A stretch of DNA of 64,000 nucleotides from Catajapyx aquilonaris (taxonomy: Eukaryota). Positions 1 to 13,500 of this stretch are shown here, in pieces; the stretch's first letter is position 1, and the number at the start of each line of letters is the position of its first letter. The translations under genes were made by a program, and so were the position numbers. The stretch is taken from positions 1 through 64,000 of the forward strand of contig JYFJ02001345.1 in assembly GCA_000934665.2 (NCBI GenBank). Reading direction: 5' to 3'. The notes beneath the pieces were generated by a model that saw only the letters and a list, made by a program, of their open reading frames with translations, was not told where the DNA came from and ran no database searches.

Positions 1-288
1 AAGGAACATCTGAAGAGCAAGCGTTTTGCGTCCGACGAAGAGGTCGCCAATGCAGTGCGCTGTTGGTGTCGTAAACAGCCAGCGTGCCTCATTCTTCTCT
101 GACGGCATGCAAAATCTAGTGCGTCGATGGCGGAAGTGCATCGCCGTCGGTGGGTACTACGTCGAAAAATGAATTGCTCCTCGGAAAGTGGGCATTTCAA
201 ACTTTATTTTGAATGTGACATCTTTCATGGTCATCCATTAATGAATAAGTTACAGACCAGGAGGCAAAATTTATTGAACAACCCTGTA
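1..288 (+). mobile_element. 3' end of a degenerate mariner (Tc1/mariner) transposon: frameshifted transposase C-terminus plus right TIR end
   Basis: Translates KEHLKSKRFASDEEVANAVRCW, then after a frameshift SFFSDGMQNLVRRWRKCIAVGGYYVEK* (stop 170-172), the typical mariner C-terminus (RWxKCI..GxYVEK). Ends TTATTGAACAACCCTG followed by TA at 287-288. Confidence 0.85.
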
Positions 289-384
289 CTTAGTCAATTT
301 AAAAATTTGCAGCCACTCCGGCGGCCGAATAGCGGACCTTCTGCGCCATGTACATAACCTGCGTACAAGGAATGAGTGGCTTAC

Positions 385-890
385 CTTATCTACTCAGCAT
401 CCATGTGAGTCGTCTGTGAGGAAGTGAAGACAGCGGATGACCTGGCAATGGTGACAGCCAGCTGCGGAGAAGACAAGCTCTGCTGACCCATAGCGATGAA
501 CTCTGACCCCTTTGCGACCTGGCCTCTCACAGCTGCCCTCCAAAGGCTCCGTCTAGTCCTGGGGTTTTTCCTAGGGCAGTGTCCGCCCAGGGGCAGAACT
601 CAATTCGACAGGAGAGTTACGTCTTCTCCAGAACACGTCAGGCCTAACGTAATAAAATTACGAAGGACGCGAATCGCATCGCGGCTACTACACATCAGCG
701 TCATCTGAGTAGCCGCTACTAATGCAAACCAATACAGGTCGCTGCGACTAGAAATATCGCGGTTAATCACATCCAAATGCAGCTTCATGATGACGTCATC
801 AAGCAGTTGCCACATTTACACTTCCAACGGACACGGCCATTCCGGCGAATATGGCAACGCAGCAAGCGTCATTGAAAAGTTGGGCGGGAA
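385..890 (-). promoter_or_regulatory. Possible promoter and non-coding first exon of a gene running leftwards out of the window
   Basis: Strong minus-strand donor AAG|GTAAG near 384. All three frames are closed upstream. TGACGTCA at 791 and E2F-like TGGGCGGGAA near 881-890. Confidence 0.3.
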
Positions 891-2900
891 TTTCGTACCC
901 GACAATTGCTGTTAAATTAATGACAATTATTGTTTAAATTAAGTTTGGGCTAAAACACTACCAGGTCATAATATGCATATTTTGTGCATGAAAATCACTC
1001 CGGAAAATTCTACGGATGGACCATGACATTACTAATTAATTGTCGCTTCACACAATCTCCTAATTATGAAACTGTTTGGTGTCAATGGCATCCCAAACCG
1101 CAACCTTCAACCGCTGGCTCGCACACACAATCCTTTCATTCACATGATAAGCACGCATCTTACGACACTACTACACACGCCAAAACATTGGGGACAAGGT
1201 CGCCTGGCGAATAAAGCCCAGTGCTTATCACAAACACAAGATCAGACTTTATTCCATTGTTTCGTTAACCTTTCAACCGTACATAGTACCACTCAAAGTT
1301 TTGCATCCAACATTTTGTGAAAAGCAACATCAAGTGCAAGCGACACCATTTTTGTGCTGAACACCCCGGACGGGGAAGGAAAAAAAAAACAAAAAAAACT
1401 GGTCTTGGCAAAGTTCCTATTCCAACACCACTTTCGTTATACTTTACAACAATTGATGAGCCCAGCGGTAAAGCAACTTACGCCATATGACAGCTTGCAA
1501 TTTATGCGAGAGAGAGAATACAATTTATTGTTACAAATTCAATGGGAACCAATTTAAGATTACTAAAAATTGTAAGACTAATCAGGGTAATGTGACATAA
1601 ATCCACCTTTCCGCTGGGCTCATCATGCAACCAAACCACCACTGACAACGAGAATGAAAAACAATTAAGAAAAATCTCACTCACAACCTGGCCAAGATAA
1701 AAGTTAACCCACAGCATCACAGGCTGCTTTGAGTATTGCATCTCGCCTAAGTACTAAGGTGTTTTCTCGCAGGTACTTCAATGTTTTCTTAAAATCACAT
1801 TCAGCAAAAATTCAGACCTCAAAGGATTAACGGCAGTGATACTATTCACCGAGGATCATTAACAGCTAAACAAATTACCTATGGAGACAACCATACCATG
1901 AGTAGAACAAAAACTACCGTAGGCTGGAGTAATTTTCAACCCAGAGTAATAATTACAACCAACGCTAATTACGAACATGAGGCCTGGCATAAACAGGCAC
2001 AAATATTGAGTACTGGATGCAGGCAAGGGTTCTCATGATGGCCTGACTCAATTACTCCAACCTTGCCTAACTTTAAAATCTGCCTTACGAGGAATATTGT
2101 CTGAACTACAAACCCTATGCTGGCATCCTAGACCACTAGTCATCTAACAAGGCAACAAACTAGGTCAGTTATTAATTTAAAAACAGCTGCAGGTTTACCC
2201 ATTAATGCATAAATAATGTTCTATGACTAGGGGCATAAACGTTTCTTTTCGTGTCTTTCGAGTCCTTCAGCGCAACACATATTATCATGGTGAGAGTCAA
2301 CTAAGAGCAACACCGAATAAATATCAAGGCCAAATGTACACATGAGCTGCAAATAAATTTAAGGTACCAGAACAACTAATCAATTAAATAAACCTTCGTA
2401 ACTCATTAGTGGCAAACAGTGTGACCAAATGCATGAGCTGCCATCAGTAATGCACATCAAAATATCAATCATTAAAAAAAGGCTGCCATTATGGAATAAT
2501 CCAATTTCAAACATTACTTATGTACACAGCCAATAATAACTAAGTACATATTGCCCAAGGTCGTTGTGGGACTAAATTACATTCGTTTAGTTTTATATGC
2601 CTGAAAACTGCATAGACTCAATCAAAAACTCAATTACACTTCTTTTTTTTTTTTGTTTGTTATGCTTTGGACGTTGAAAGTGTGAAAGTGCAGCCATCCG
2701 CTCCCTGCAGTATTCAACAGTTAAGCAATCGCATCCAAGGATGCTTCGTTGTACTTTCACTTGAAAACTCGTTGTACTACAGCAAGGGTGTGAACAAACC
2801 CTACCAAAAAGCAAATCATCAACATTGAAAAGGTAACAACTAAACGGCAGTTTTGAGAACCATAAAATAATCCTAACCTATACCTATCAGGAACAGACAA

Positions 2901-5473
2901 TCACCTGAATCGAGAGGGTTGCGGGGAGGAGCCACCTGTGAAGGGCAGGAGCAGCAAGCGTCCAGAAGGGCAGGATGGAGGGGCAGTAGGTGAGGCTGGG
3001 GCTGAGACTGGGGCAGACACACCTGCACCATCCCTGGGCTGTGGGCATAACCCAATTCGGCAGAACCTTGTCGGGAGCTGCATCATGGAGTGGGTGCGGG
3101 AGAGAGACCTGTGCAGCTGTGACGGACTTATTGCTGCACGGATGTGTCGAGGCAAGGTTAGCGGCTGGAAGGACAGCATCTCAGGGTGCTGCCCATGTCT
3201 GACGGGGATATGTCCAGAGAGGGACTGCGAACGCTTGTGGCCACCATCCTGAAACAAATAGACACTTACTAAATTATTGGCGTGATAGTGTCTTTAAAAT
3301 GCATTAAGGATGTAAGTTCCATTTTGAACCCAGAAATCTGCTCCCAACACCTGGATGGTGCCTATAAAATACCTTTTGAATGGGGTGATCCAGCTCATTT
3401 CCATCCTTGTCCTTTTCTGGTAGTGTTTCTGGATCATCCTCAACGTCTGGTACCACCTGCAGAGGCTCAGTTGTGCTGAGCAGGGAACGCCACATGGAGA
3501 TGGTAGCTTGCAATGATTCCATCACGGCAGAGGCAGTCATCCGATCTTGCGGTTCCAGCACCAGCAGCTTTCGGATCAGTGATATTGTACCCTCAGACAC
3601 TCGTCCATCACTGGTGACAAAGCAAAGAAATTAAAGGACACTGAATATCATACAATTCACTACAATTATTGCTACAAAGCAAACAGCTCTGCATGACTTA
3701 CTTTGGAATATGGTACTCAGCACCCTTGATCTTTCGAAACAGCTCCTGAGGGACCGAATCATAAAACGGAAACTGCCCGTAAAGCATAGTGTAGAGGACA
3801 ACCCCCAGAGCCCACATATCTGAAGGTTTGCCTGTAATTTGAGGGTCGTTATGAGATATTATATCACAAAAATATGCTCCGAAATACACACCCAAGTATG
3901 GCTTCCCACTTAGCACATCTGGAGATATGTAAGCTGGAGAGCCCCTTTGATCCTTGAGGTGGTCGCTTTCACTGACAAGCTGCTTCCCTAAGCAGAAGTT
4001 GGTGATAGTGACCTTCCTTGTCGCCTTGTTCAGCACCAGATTCCCCAATTTCAAGTCCCGATGGACAATGTTTCTCTGCAGGCATATAATTCATTAGAGG
4101 CATGATGATTCAACAAATCTGAAGCAAACTCACCTGATGCAAGGACTCGACTACTTGCACCACATTGTAGAATATGACAATGGTCTCTCGTTCCCCAAGC
4201 TTCTTCTCCCTGATGACATAGTGTTGCAGGTTGATCAAGTCGGCATTCTTGGTGCTGAAGTCATGCGCACACAGACAGTCCAGCACCAGGCAGAGTCGCC
4301 TGTGCACATGGCCTGTGTAAATCAGTTGTCCATCTGGGGTCTCGGCCTCCTCCAGGGCCTCATCCTGGAACAGTCCATGGTGGTGCACCACCCCATCCTG
4401 GTTATCCAGGAGGGACAAAAGGGAGTATTCGGTATGGAGAAGCATTTTTCCCTGGCGATCATCTTGAGTCTCTTCATCAGGATCCTTCATGGTCAAGATC
4501 TGCAGTAGAGTAGAAACATTGTAGTTGCACACAAGATGCGCATTTTCTTGTGCATCATAGCACTAACCTTTATGGCATAAAATTCGTCTGTTCCTTCCTT
4601 CCGTGCCAAGCATTGTACAAGGCTGTGAACTGGAGAGCTGCCCAGGCGTGGCCCCAGAAAAAACGGCCCGGCTCGCTTCACCTGCTTTGTCATCACCAGC
4701 GTGCCAGCAGCCGGAACTAATCAGGAAACAATATTTTCAATCATAAGCAATACGCCAGTTTAGAAAAAGACCACAATACACCAGGAATAGGTAGTCCAGA
4801 TGTGCAAAAGCTGCCTCATGAAAGCTAGGCTACCACAGATTACAGGGGTCGTATCTCAATTTTTTTTGTCAAGATGCGAAGTTTGACCTCTATACTTTCA
4901 TCTGTAGTACAAATTGCTTACTTGGCAGGCTTAATTTTTAATTAACTGCGTTTAGCCACATTAAGAAGCAGTTTGGAGTGCAGATAACAATTTAGGAGTC
5001 CAACTTTTGCACCCAACCATTGCAACCAAGGGGTTATTCACTAAGGGTACTGCGAGGGTAATCCAGGGTACTGCGAGGGGTAGTCCCCAGCTGGGACTAC
5101 CCAAGTAGTCCGTGTACGCGAAAAGTGTAAGTGAATAACCCCTCGTTGGCAACGGAATATTTCGACCCAAGATTATTTTTGTCTGGCTACTTCATATGCA
5201 GATGGGCAATAATGTCCCACCGCTCTCCATGCTAAACCTGCCTGTAAATTCCACCTTCCGCCTCTTCCTGACTTCCTCCGTCTGTCCCTCCCTCTTCTTG
5301 GGCTGCTCCCTTCCTTCCTGTCCCCCCCGACAGACCCCACCCAGCACCACTGGCACCTCCTGAGGGTCTCCCCCATCCGCAGCACATCCACCGCAGTCCA
5401 CCCCGAGCTGTCCATCCTTCTTCTCCGGCGGGCTCTCCGGTGCCACCAGAAGGGTAGTCACAACGGAGGACAT
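2901..5473 (-). CDS. STK40: Serine/threonine kinase 40 (pseudokinase, COP1 adaptor)
   Basis: Exons 5473-5242 (tentative, GC donor), 4716-4568, 4499-4134, 4075-3892, 3831-3702, 3610-3373, 3248-2901. Motifs KRAGPFFLGPRLGSSPV, HRDLKLGN, TNFCLGK (DFG replaced by NFC), DQRGSPAYISPDVLSGKPY and C-terminal QVVPD. Confidence 0.93.
5029..5143. mobile_element. Small MITE-like element in STK40 intron 1
   Basis: Perfect 14-bp inverted repeats AGGGGTTATTCACT (5029-5042) and AGTGAATAACCCCT (5130-5143). Contains a direct repeat GGGTACTGCGAGGG x2 and a GGGTAGTCCC/GGGACTACCC hairpin. Confidence 0.55.
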
Positions 5474-6159
5474 GGCACCCCCGGCCCTTCCTCAGCTCAG
5501 TCCATGCCTCGCCTCCCCTTCCCTCGTTCCACCCAGGCACACCACACCTCTACCCGTCATGGCACTGACCCTTCTTTTTTGGAATAACAATCCAACCTCT
5601 TACAAAAAAAAAAAAAAGTGGTGGAAGGTCATGTGCGGCCTTGTTTTTCTTTCCAGCCCCTCCTTCTTTCTCAGGGGTCGACGCTCCTCTTCCCGGCCCC
5701 TTTTCCGTCCTTCGCATCAACCGTGTCCGCAACCCCTATTTACAGTTATCACGTAACAAAACATTTCACAACTGGAACGCCGCCATGTTCGATTCGCCCG
5801 GAGAAGGGAAGGCCCCGAGGCAGCGAAAGGCACTTCGAAGTTGGCGGACATGGAACCGGATTGGTCCAATCATCTAAAAGGGGAAAGGATGTGGTGGATA
5901 TTTAGAAGTGCCTTCCGCAACTGGCTGGAAGGTGTGGGCGGGGCTGGCACATGACGTGTCCTATTAACATAGATTTAATGTCATTTTAAAATTTTAACAT
6001 TGCACCGGTTTTAATTAGGTGTTTCGTATGTGTTTTATACAGGGTGTGTACTAATTGTAATTAAATTACTGACGTCGTCATTGCCGATTGCGTCACAACG
6101 ATTTCGGACGCGCTCAATCTTTGGACACCACGCTTTTTTGGCAACTTGGTTTTTGAGCC

Positions 6160-7642
6160 ATGCCGGTCCTACAGAGAATCGTGTAAGTCCAGTTATATCA
6201 ATTAGAAACAGTGTACTAACTCTTCATGACCGCTGCATGCACGATAAGGCTGAACCATGCACTAATGTAATGTTGTGGTTTGCAGGAAGCCGAAGACCCG
6301 CAGAGGGAAGAAAGCCTTGCTCAACCGTGTGTCAAAAGTGGTTGAGAATGTCAAAGCAACGATGTTCATACGAGGGGCCAATGCCAATCAGACGGTGCTA
6401 CAATGCATGAAGGATCTGGTAAGTGCTGCCGTCGTATAATCCGTCGGAAGGTATACAAGGTATGCTAACCAGCATCATTTCAGTACGCCCTGAAGAGGAC
6501 AAGTTCAGCTTTCTACAACCGCAAGAATGATTACCGTCCGTTTGATGACCCGACGCCAATCGAGTTATTTTCCCAGAAGCATGATGCCTCGCTCTTCATG
6601 TTTGGGAGCCACAACAAGAAGAGGCCTAACAATCTGGTCATTGGTAAATTACTGCTGCATATGGCCCTTTTCATGCTGTAATACACACTACATGATTTGT
6701 TTTATTGTAGGACGCATGTACAACCATCAGATTTTGGACATGATAGAGCTTGGCATTGTGCGCTACGAGGGGCTGAAGGACTTTAAGACAGAAAAAATAT
6801 CGCTGGGGACCAAGCCTTGCATCCTGTTCGCTGGAGAGCCCTTCCAAGCCCAGTATGAGCACATGAGGCTCCAGAGCCTCTTCTTGGACTTCTTCAGGGG
6901 TGAGGAAGTGAAGGGTGTGAGACTTGCCGGACTTGAACACGTCATTTCCATCACCGCCATTGAGGACAAGATCTTCTTTCGCAGCTTCAAGTGAGTTGGA
7001 ATCTAACATCATGTGTGAAAACAATGCCCAGATTATCAAAATATTGAACAAGTACACTTGAGACGAAGTGAACATGGCTGTTCTACCCGAATCTGATTCT
7101 GTAAATTCACCTAATATGAGTCAGCATTAATTTCAATATAGAAGCTATTTTATTAATTATCATATTCCACTGCCGTCCCTCATAGAATATTGCTGAAGAA
7201 ATCTGACAGCAGTCTACCCAGAGTTGAACTGGAAGAAATGGGACCAGGAATTGATTTCGTCGTGCGTAGAACCAAGCTGGCATCGGAAGACCTCTTCAAG
7301 ACTGCTCTCAAGATTCCACCACAGATCAGGGTAAGTTTTGCGATGCCAGGTATTACAATGGGGTTGCATTCCAGCAAAACAGGGCCTACCTTTATTGATC
7401 TATTCGTTATCAATACTTACCAAATTTCTATCTCCTCTCAGATCAAGAAGACAAAGAACATAAGCAAGGATGTGTTTGGTACTCAGCAAGGACGAATCCA
7501 CATGCCCAAGCAAGATGTGAACACACTTCAGGGACGAAGAATGAAAGCCTTGAGGACGACAGCTGGAGATAAAAGAAAGGCGGATGGCACGAAGGGTGGG
7601 GGAAAGGCGAAGAAATCCAAGAAAGCAGTGTCTACCAACTAA
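6160..7642 (+). CDS. RPF2: Ribosome production factor 2 homolog (Brix domain)
   Basis: Exons 6160-6182, 6286-6418, 6484-6643, 6711-6990, 7186-7330, 7442-7642, all GT-AG and in phase. Protein MPVLQRIVKPKT...FGSHNKKRPNNLVIGRMYNHQILDMIELG...LPRVELEEMGP...GRIHMPKQD. Confidence 0.95.
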
Positions 7643-7659
7643 TATTAAAAACATGATTA

Positions 7660-8400
7660 TCAGATGCAAAAAGATATTTTTTTCCTCCTGGGCACAAACA
7701 GTCCGTCATCGTCCCTCTGCACCTTGTCCCACTCAAACACGCATCCATTCATTGCCACGTAAACTCCAGGACCCAGAACTTGCACCGCGCCTATAGCCAC
7801 TCCTAGGTTGAAGTCCGCATCAGAGTTCTGGAACCTCTCAGGAAAATGGGAGCCCACAAACACGATCGTCTTGGACATCAGGGTAGTAGCTCCTTGGAAG
7901 ATGTGCTGCATTGCCAGCTGCATGGCTATGTCGGGCAGGGTGGTCACTTCATGGGTCACAACAATCCGTTTGGAGCTCGAGTCCTTGATTTTTTCGTAGA
8001 GTAACCTGAAAATAAGATCAAGTCTATCCATCATCTTCGAATTGTGTTCATCTGATTTCACAGGCCAACGTAGCTATTAAAATACACTCAAAAGGGGACA
8101 CATTTTCATGAACTTGTCATATAAATTATAATACCTCTCATCTGCTGTTGCTTTTAGGTCATCTTTTTTTAGGGTTTCTATCCTAGACAGGATGCTCCTT
8201 CCAGGTCTCAACTTATTGAGGATCCGCTTGGCTGCTGGCTCACCGACTACTAGCTGTCCACTCGGGTCATTATGAGGTAGCTCCAAATCAATGTTGCCTA
8301 AATAAAATGAAGTTCTTTGGAAGCACAGACGAAGCAGGTCTTTCCGATGGTTTACATGTGATCACATACCTCCTGTTTGTATGATGAGTATCTCGTCCAT
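7660..8400 (-). CDS. Short L-asparaginase N-terminal-domain protein (~179 aa) with degenerate catalytic motifs
   Basis: Exons 8400-8370, 8297-8135, 8005-7660 join in phase: MDEILIIQTGGNID...VGEPAAKRIL...KKDDL...RIVVTHEVTT...KTIVFVGS..PERFQNSDADFNLGVAIGAVQVLGPGVYVAMNG. This matches the short asparaginase-domain family as I recall it. Confidence 0.8.
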
Positions 8401-10588
8401 TCTGAGCCACACTAATTCCTCTATAACATCCGTTGTTCCTGTGTTAACGACTGCTCAATCCCCTTTATCTAACCCCGCACCTTGATAGATAACCAGGACT
8501 TATTATGTGCCAACGTGGGAATCGTCTGTGATAAGAGAGAGGAATGTTTCTCAAGTGACTTCACTTACGAATCAGCGTTTTATTGATACACTTTCATACA
8601 TGTAAGTCTACATTCATGAATCACATGCCTATGTCTTCATTTTTCTCTTTGTCCAGTTCTACGGTTGGAATTACAACCACCAAAAATGTAAATTTCTCAT
8701 TAGGCACATGATTCTAAACCAAGACAGATAAAACCACATCAGATGAAAGACTAGATGAATGGCTTCGAGATGAGAAAAAACAACCGATTGCTTGTCAGTA
8801 ATGGCGCAAAGTTTGGCCCCACACTTGAAGCAATCGGCCTAAGACGTGTTTGGGGGAGCTGGGAAACAATGTCCTGGTCTTTCTCTCTCTCTTGTGCTCG
8901 CTCTCTCATTCTCTCTTTTTGGAAATCTGGGGGCCCTCTGGGGTTTGTTACCAGCACGAGTTTTGTGACAGCGAGACAAAAATGTTAAAACATCGCCAGA
9001 GCGACAGAAAGCCCACAGTATGCATTTTCACCCGCGGGTAAAAACTGCAAACCCCAAAAGGCATTTCCTCTACTTGCTTTTTTTTTTCACATTTTATTTT
9101 TTAAAACATGAGGTTTTTATTTCCTTCTTTTCAAATTTTCAGCAAATGTTGACAGTTCTAATGCAGGAAAGCCACACCCACCAAACACACTTGTTAGTAG
9201 GATATGAGATAAAATGACTTATCCACGAGTGAGAGATGGAATGTTCCCCCTACCCTTTCTGATTTGTCATGAGGAGGAGGAAAATAATGTCCTCAAACAC
9301 CAACATAACGGGAGTCATGGGGGGGAGGGGTTTGGGGAGGTAACGTTTATGAACGCACCATTTTTTTTTTCGTCTTCTCTACATCTCTTTAACTGTTTTT
9401 TTTTTAGCTGTCACTTTATCCTTTTACTCCCTGTCATACATGTTTTCTTCTTACTTAGTTTGTCACTATATTTTTTTTAAACCTTACTTTGTCTCCTCAA
9501 GGTAAATGACGGATTCTCTCTCGGACAGACACGTACAACATTATGCAGAATATACAGTATTTATGCTGACAACACAACTATTTCCATTCATTAAGAGTGG
9601 ACAGGTGGTAATGAGGAAAGCTGGGAAATGTCAACCACAAAACTACCTCTAAGGACACTATAGTTTTCTTTCTTTTTTTTCACTTTTTTTTTTTGTTAAA
9701 CGACTGGGGATTTTCTTCTATCAATATCTATCGGTTTCACAGGAACACGAGTGAAACTCCAAAAAGCCCTCGTGGATCATATTGTCAATTTCTAGCCCTT
9801 GAGACAATCACTGCAGGAGTTGTTTTTAAACTTCATTTCTTGTTCCTCGTTTTTTTTTTTACTGGCAAAGATAACGTGTGTGTGATGTGTGTGTTAGCAA
9901 GCAATTTAAGCACACTTGTGGCTGAAACGAGATTGCAACCTAAGAGGGGTAAGGTTAACACAAAGTATGTAACAGGAAAACAGATGAATTTGCAGAGTAA
10001 AAAACAAAGCATTATTTTCCTCCTGTACAGAATGAAAACCATAAAAAGGGCATCTATTAGGTACTTGTGGTTACACATGTAACTACGGTAGGAATGGAAG
10101 AATCTTTTAAATACACCTTATTTAACCTCCACGCACAAACGATATGTACAACATAATACACTCAAGAGCCAAATGTACAAGTACAACAATGTGATGCTTT
10201 ATGACCATCTCCTTTGATATTCAATTTTCCAATTCATATGTGGGTATAAAAAGTCTGCCTGGCCTGGCACCTCATCACATTCTAATCATGTGCAAGTCTT
10301 GCCAAAAAACAAAACAAAATAATTATCAGTGCAACTCTCACATCACAAACGAGAGGGCTCAGAGCAAAAAAATATATATACGACTCAATGAACCGCACAC
10401 AAGACATATCTGCACCCTCTCCTCTGTTCCTTTCAGACCAGCAAACTCCAAACAAAATCTCTGGCTTACACCATCAACAAATAAACAACAGACTTTGAAT
10501 TTTCATCCCTTCTCTCTCTCTTTTTTTTTCCTCTCTTGAATTCCCATTTTGTTCTATTTGTTTTGTGCATTTTTAAACTTTGTTATTT

Positions 10589-13500
10589 CTACTTGAGGTC
10601 AGTGGGGTCATCGGAATCAAGCATCTGCTGTATCTCTTTCTCCCACTCTGCGTCCTGAGATGTATCCCCACCCGGGACCACCTCATAATCCTGCAGCTCT
10701 ACTTGCAGTTCCCGCTCCCACTCTTCTTCTGGGGACAGAGAGGGAGGAAGGGTATATATCACTACCAAGGCACACGACTTCCAGGCTTGCAGGCAAAAAG
10801 GGGAGCATGTCGGGGCAGTCAAAAAATAAGGGATTGGATGGAGAGGTTGTGGAGGGGGTAACGTTTAAGGGTACAGGATGGGGCGAAGGTTGAAATCAAC
10901 ACTGACATAACCAAAGAGAGCAGCAAGCGAGAGAGAAAAATATATATGTTTATGTACATTGGAAATCATGTGCCTGGTGGTTGCCACTGGCAAAGTCAAC
11001 TTAAAGAGTGTCCTGTGTGACACGGGGCTACACTGCTGAAAGCGACTACTTGTGGTGTGGTGCATAAGACTCCAAAAGTATGATAAAGCGAGCAAAAGAT
11101 GACAGGAGGAAAAAAAAAAAATAACGTGTGAGAAAAAGAGAGTGCAAGAGCCAAGCTAAGGCTTGAAAAAGTGTGGAACGGGAAGGAAATAAAGTGGTGT
11201 ATGTACTGGGAACCCAAAAGCCCACCATGCAACCACACAAGCTTTCATACCGCATACAAGGACAACTAAATACCAGATATTGTTAAATGAAGAGAGGCAC
11301 AAAGAAGAGAAACTTGTAGATGGGGAGTAACAAAGTTGAGTGGATAGGTGTGACATGTGAGAGGGAAAGAAAGCCAGCAAAGGGAGCAGGTCAATTGGGC
11401 TTTTTAGAGTCTTCTCAAGCTGTGGAAGGAGAAGCAGAAAACAAAGCTTTACCCTATTTGGTTATCTTCCAAAGTGGGGGGGGAGAAAAAAATATTGCTC
11501 AAATTGTGTATACACCACAACATTAGTATCGACAAGGTGCATCACACGACAAACAGGATACTGGCACCCAACTACCATAAAACCTGCGTCAAGTGACCAC
11601 TTCACAGTAACATGCACTTTCTCTAAGAATTTTCGGGAAAAAACTTTATTAGAGGTGTGAGGCAAAGTAGAGGAATCCGCCTAAAGAATGTGACAAAAGT
11701 GAATTCATCCTAAGCTGGTAACAGTAAGGATAAATCGTAGTGGGATTACGCATTTGTACAATGCCCGACACAACACCTTATGTCTGCCATTAGCAATCTG
11801 ATCCGCGTAGCAAGAAATCGCAACATTGACTTTTCCTTTCCTACGCACTGCTCACTCCTCACAGACATGATGATGGCGTTGAGCTCATCAGACAGCTTCC
11901 AGGCCTACTGTCAGGGCCTATGTATCAACACAATTGAAGGAAAAATCTCTGCTTATGTATTGTAATAGCTCTTAAAATAAATATGACAAAAAGCATATGG
12001 CTAATTTCAGGTCCCTCAAAAATACTCATCCTACTTGGACATCATTACTTCACCAGAATGTAATATGACTTGCCATAACTCACATAAAAACCACTTGACA
12101 TACTGGTCACATTAAAAATTACTCTACCTTGGCCAGAACCACACCTTTAGAAGGCTCGTGGGCATGTTTATAAATGGTCACGTATCAGGAAATACTAAAG
12201 ACCGAAATGAATTCAGAATTCACTAAGAACATTCCACAAAAATTTTCCATGCTTAATTAAACGTCATCAAGCACGCACTACTTGCATTCATTTTATCACT
12301 ATAACAAGAGTGGCAAAATACAATAGTTTGAATGTCTCTAACACCATGTTTTAAACACCTTAATGGTACAAAAATATTATGAACAGTACAATAACTATAG
12401 TATTAAGGATCATCAATAGTCCATTATAGAGAGAATAGTATCTCACCCACATTATAATTGCCATGTTGTAATGCACATTTCTACTGTAAACTGTAAATTG
12501 ACAGGAAAGATGATACAATTTTGCATTTTCAAAAGATGCAAATATTAAGGCATATAAGAGAGCTAAGGTCTACAAAAATGCAATATTCATAGCATAACCT
12601 GGCCACCCAGTAAGAACTGGTCAGGCAAAAAAGGGTATCAAAAAGGTTTCAAGGCAGGCTTCTGAACTGGACGTGCAAAACTTACACGGTCCCTTCAACA
12701 TGCTGTATGGAGATCCGAGATATGTCTATTATGGTACTTCACAAGGTAATTAAGACACTGGCTTCAGGGATTGAACAAAGGTTCTCAGGTGGATATGCTG
12801 AATTCGAGATCTACATTTGAAGTAAAGGTGTTTAATGCATGGTGTCACAGGTATAGCAAGAATGTAATACCACTGTATACCACACTCAAGCACCAATTGA
12901 TTGCCCTAAAAGCTGCACAGCATTTTCAACTGTTCAGATTATAATCCCAAGTATGCAAAGTCGTTTTACACAATTTACAATGAATAACTGCAGTACCACT
13001 CTTGACTTGCCTATCTTGCGAGAACTTCTGAGTTGAAAATTTTGTTCAGTGTTATGAAACAAGTTATGTGCCTGGCACCTTACTGAAGTGGCCACCTCAG
13101 CTGGTCACAAATGAGACTTTGCAAACAATTACCGCTTGCAAATAATTCCTTTACTACAATACCAGGCCCCATGCCTATTACATGTGCCACCAGCAATATG
13201 TGAAACAATACAAAAATACATCGTAAAAAAAAAGGCAGCATGTAATGGACCTGAGAGGGACGATGGGGAAAGGTCAAAAGTTTAGGGAAGAATAGTAGTT
13301 CACAACAGTCCATCAGTGCATCACTCACCATTCTTGGTGCCCATGCCTAATTTCTTCATCCCATCTTGTGCTTCATCCACATCTTTGGAGGTGGCTTGGT
13401 ATGAATCTACAGACAAATTTGGGTCATTCACTCACACCCCTTTCACAAAAGAAATATTCCGCAAAGATCATCCTCCTCCCACTGCACCGCAGCTAATTTG

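Noticed and set aside
11840..11900. Minus-strand CTGATGAGCTC...GAGC resembling a hammerhead ribozyme core
   Set aside because: The required GAAA does not follow stem II and stems I and III are not evident.
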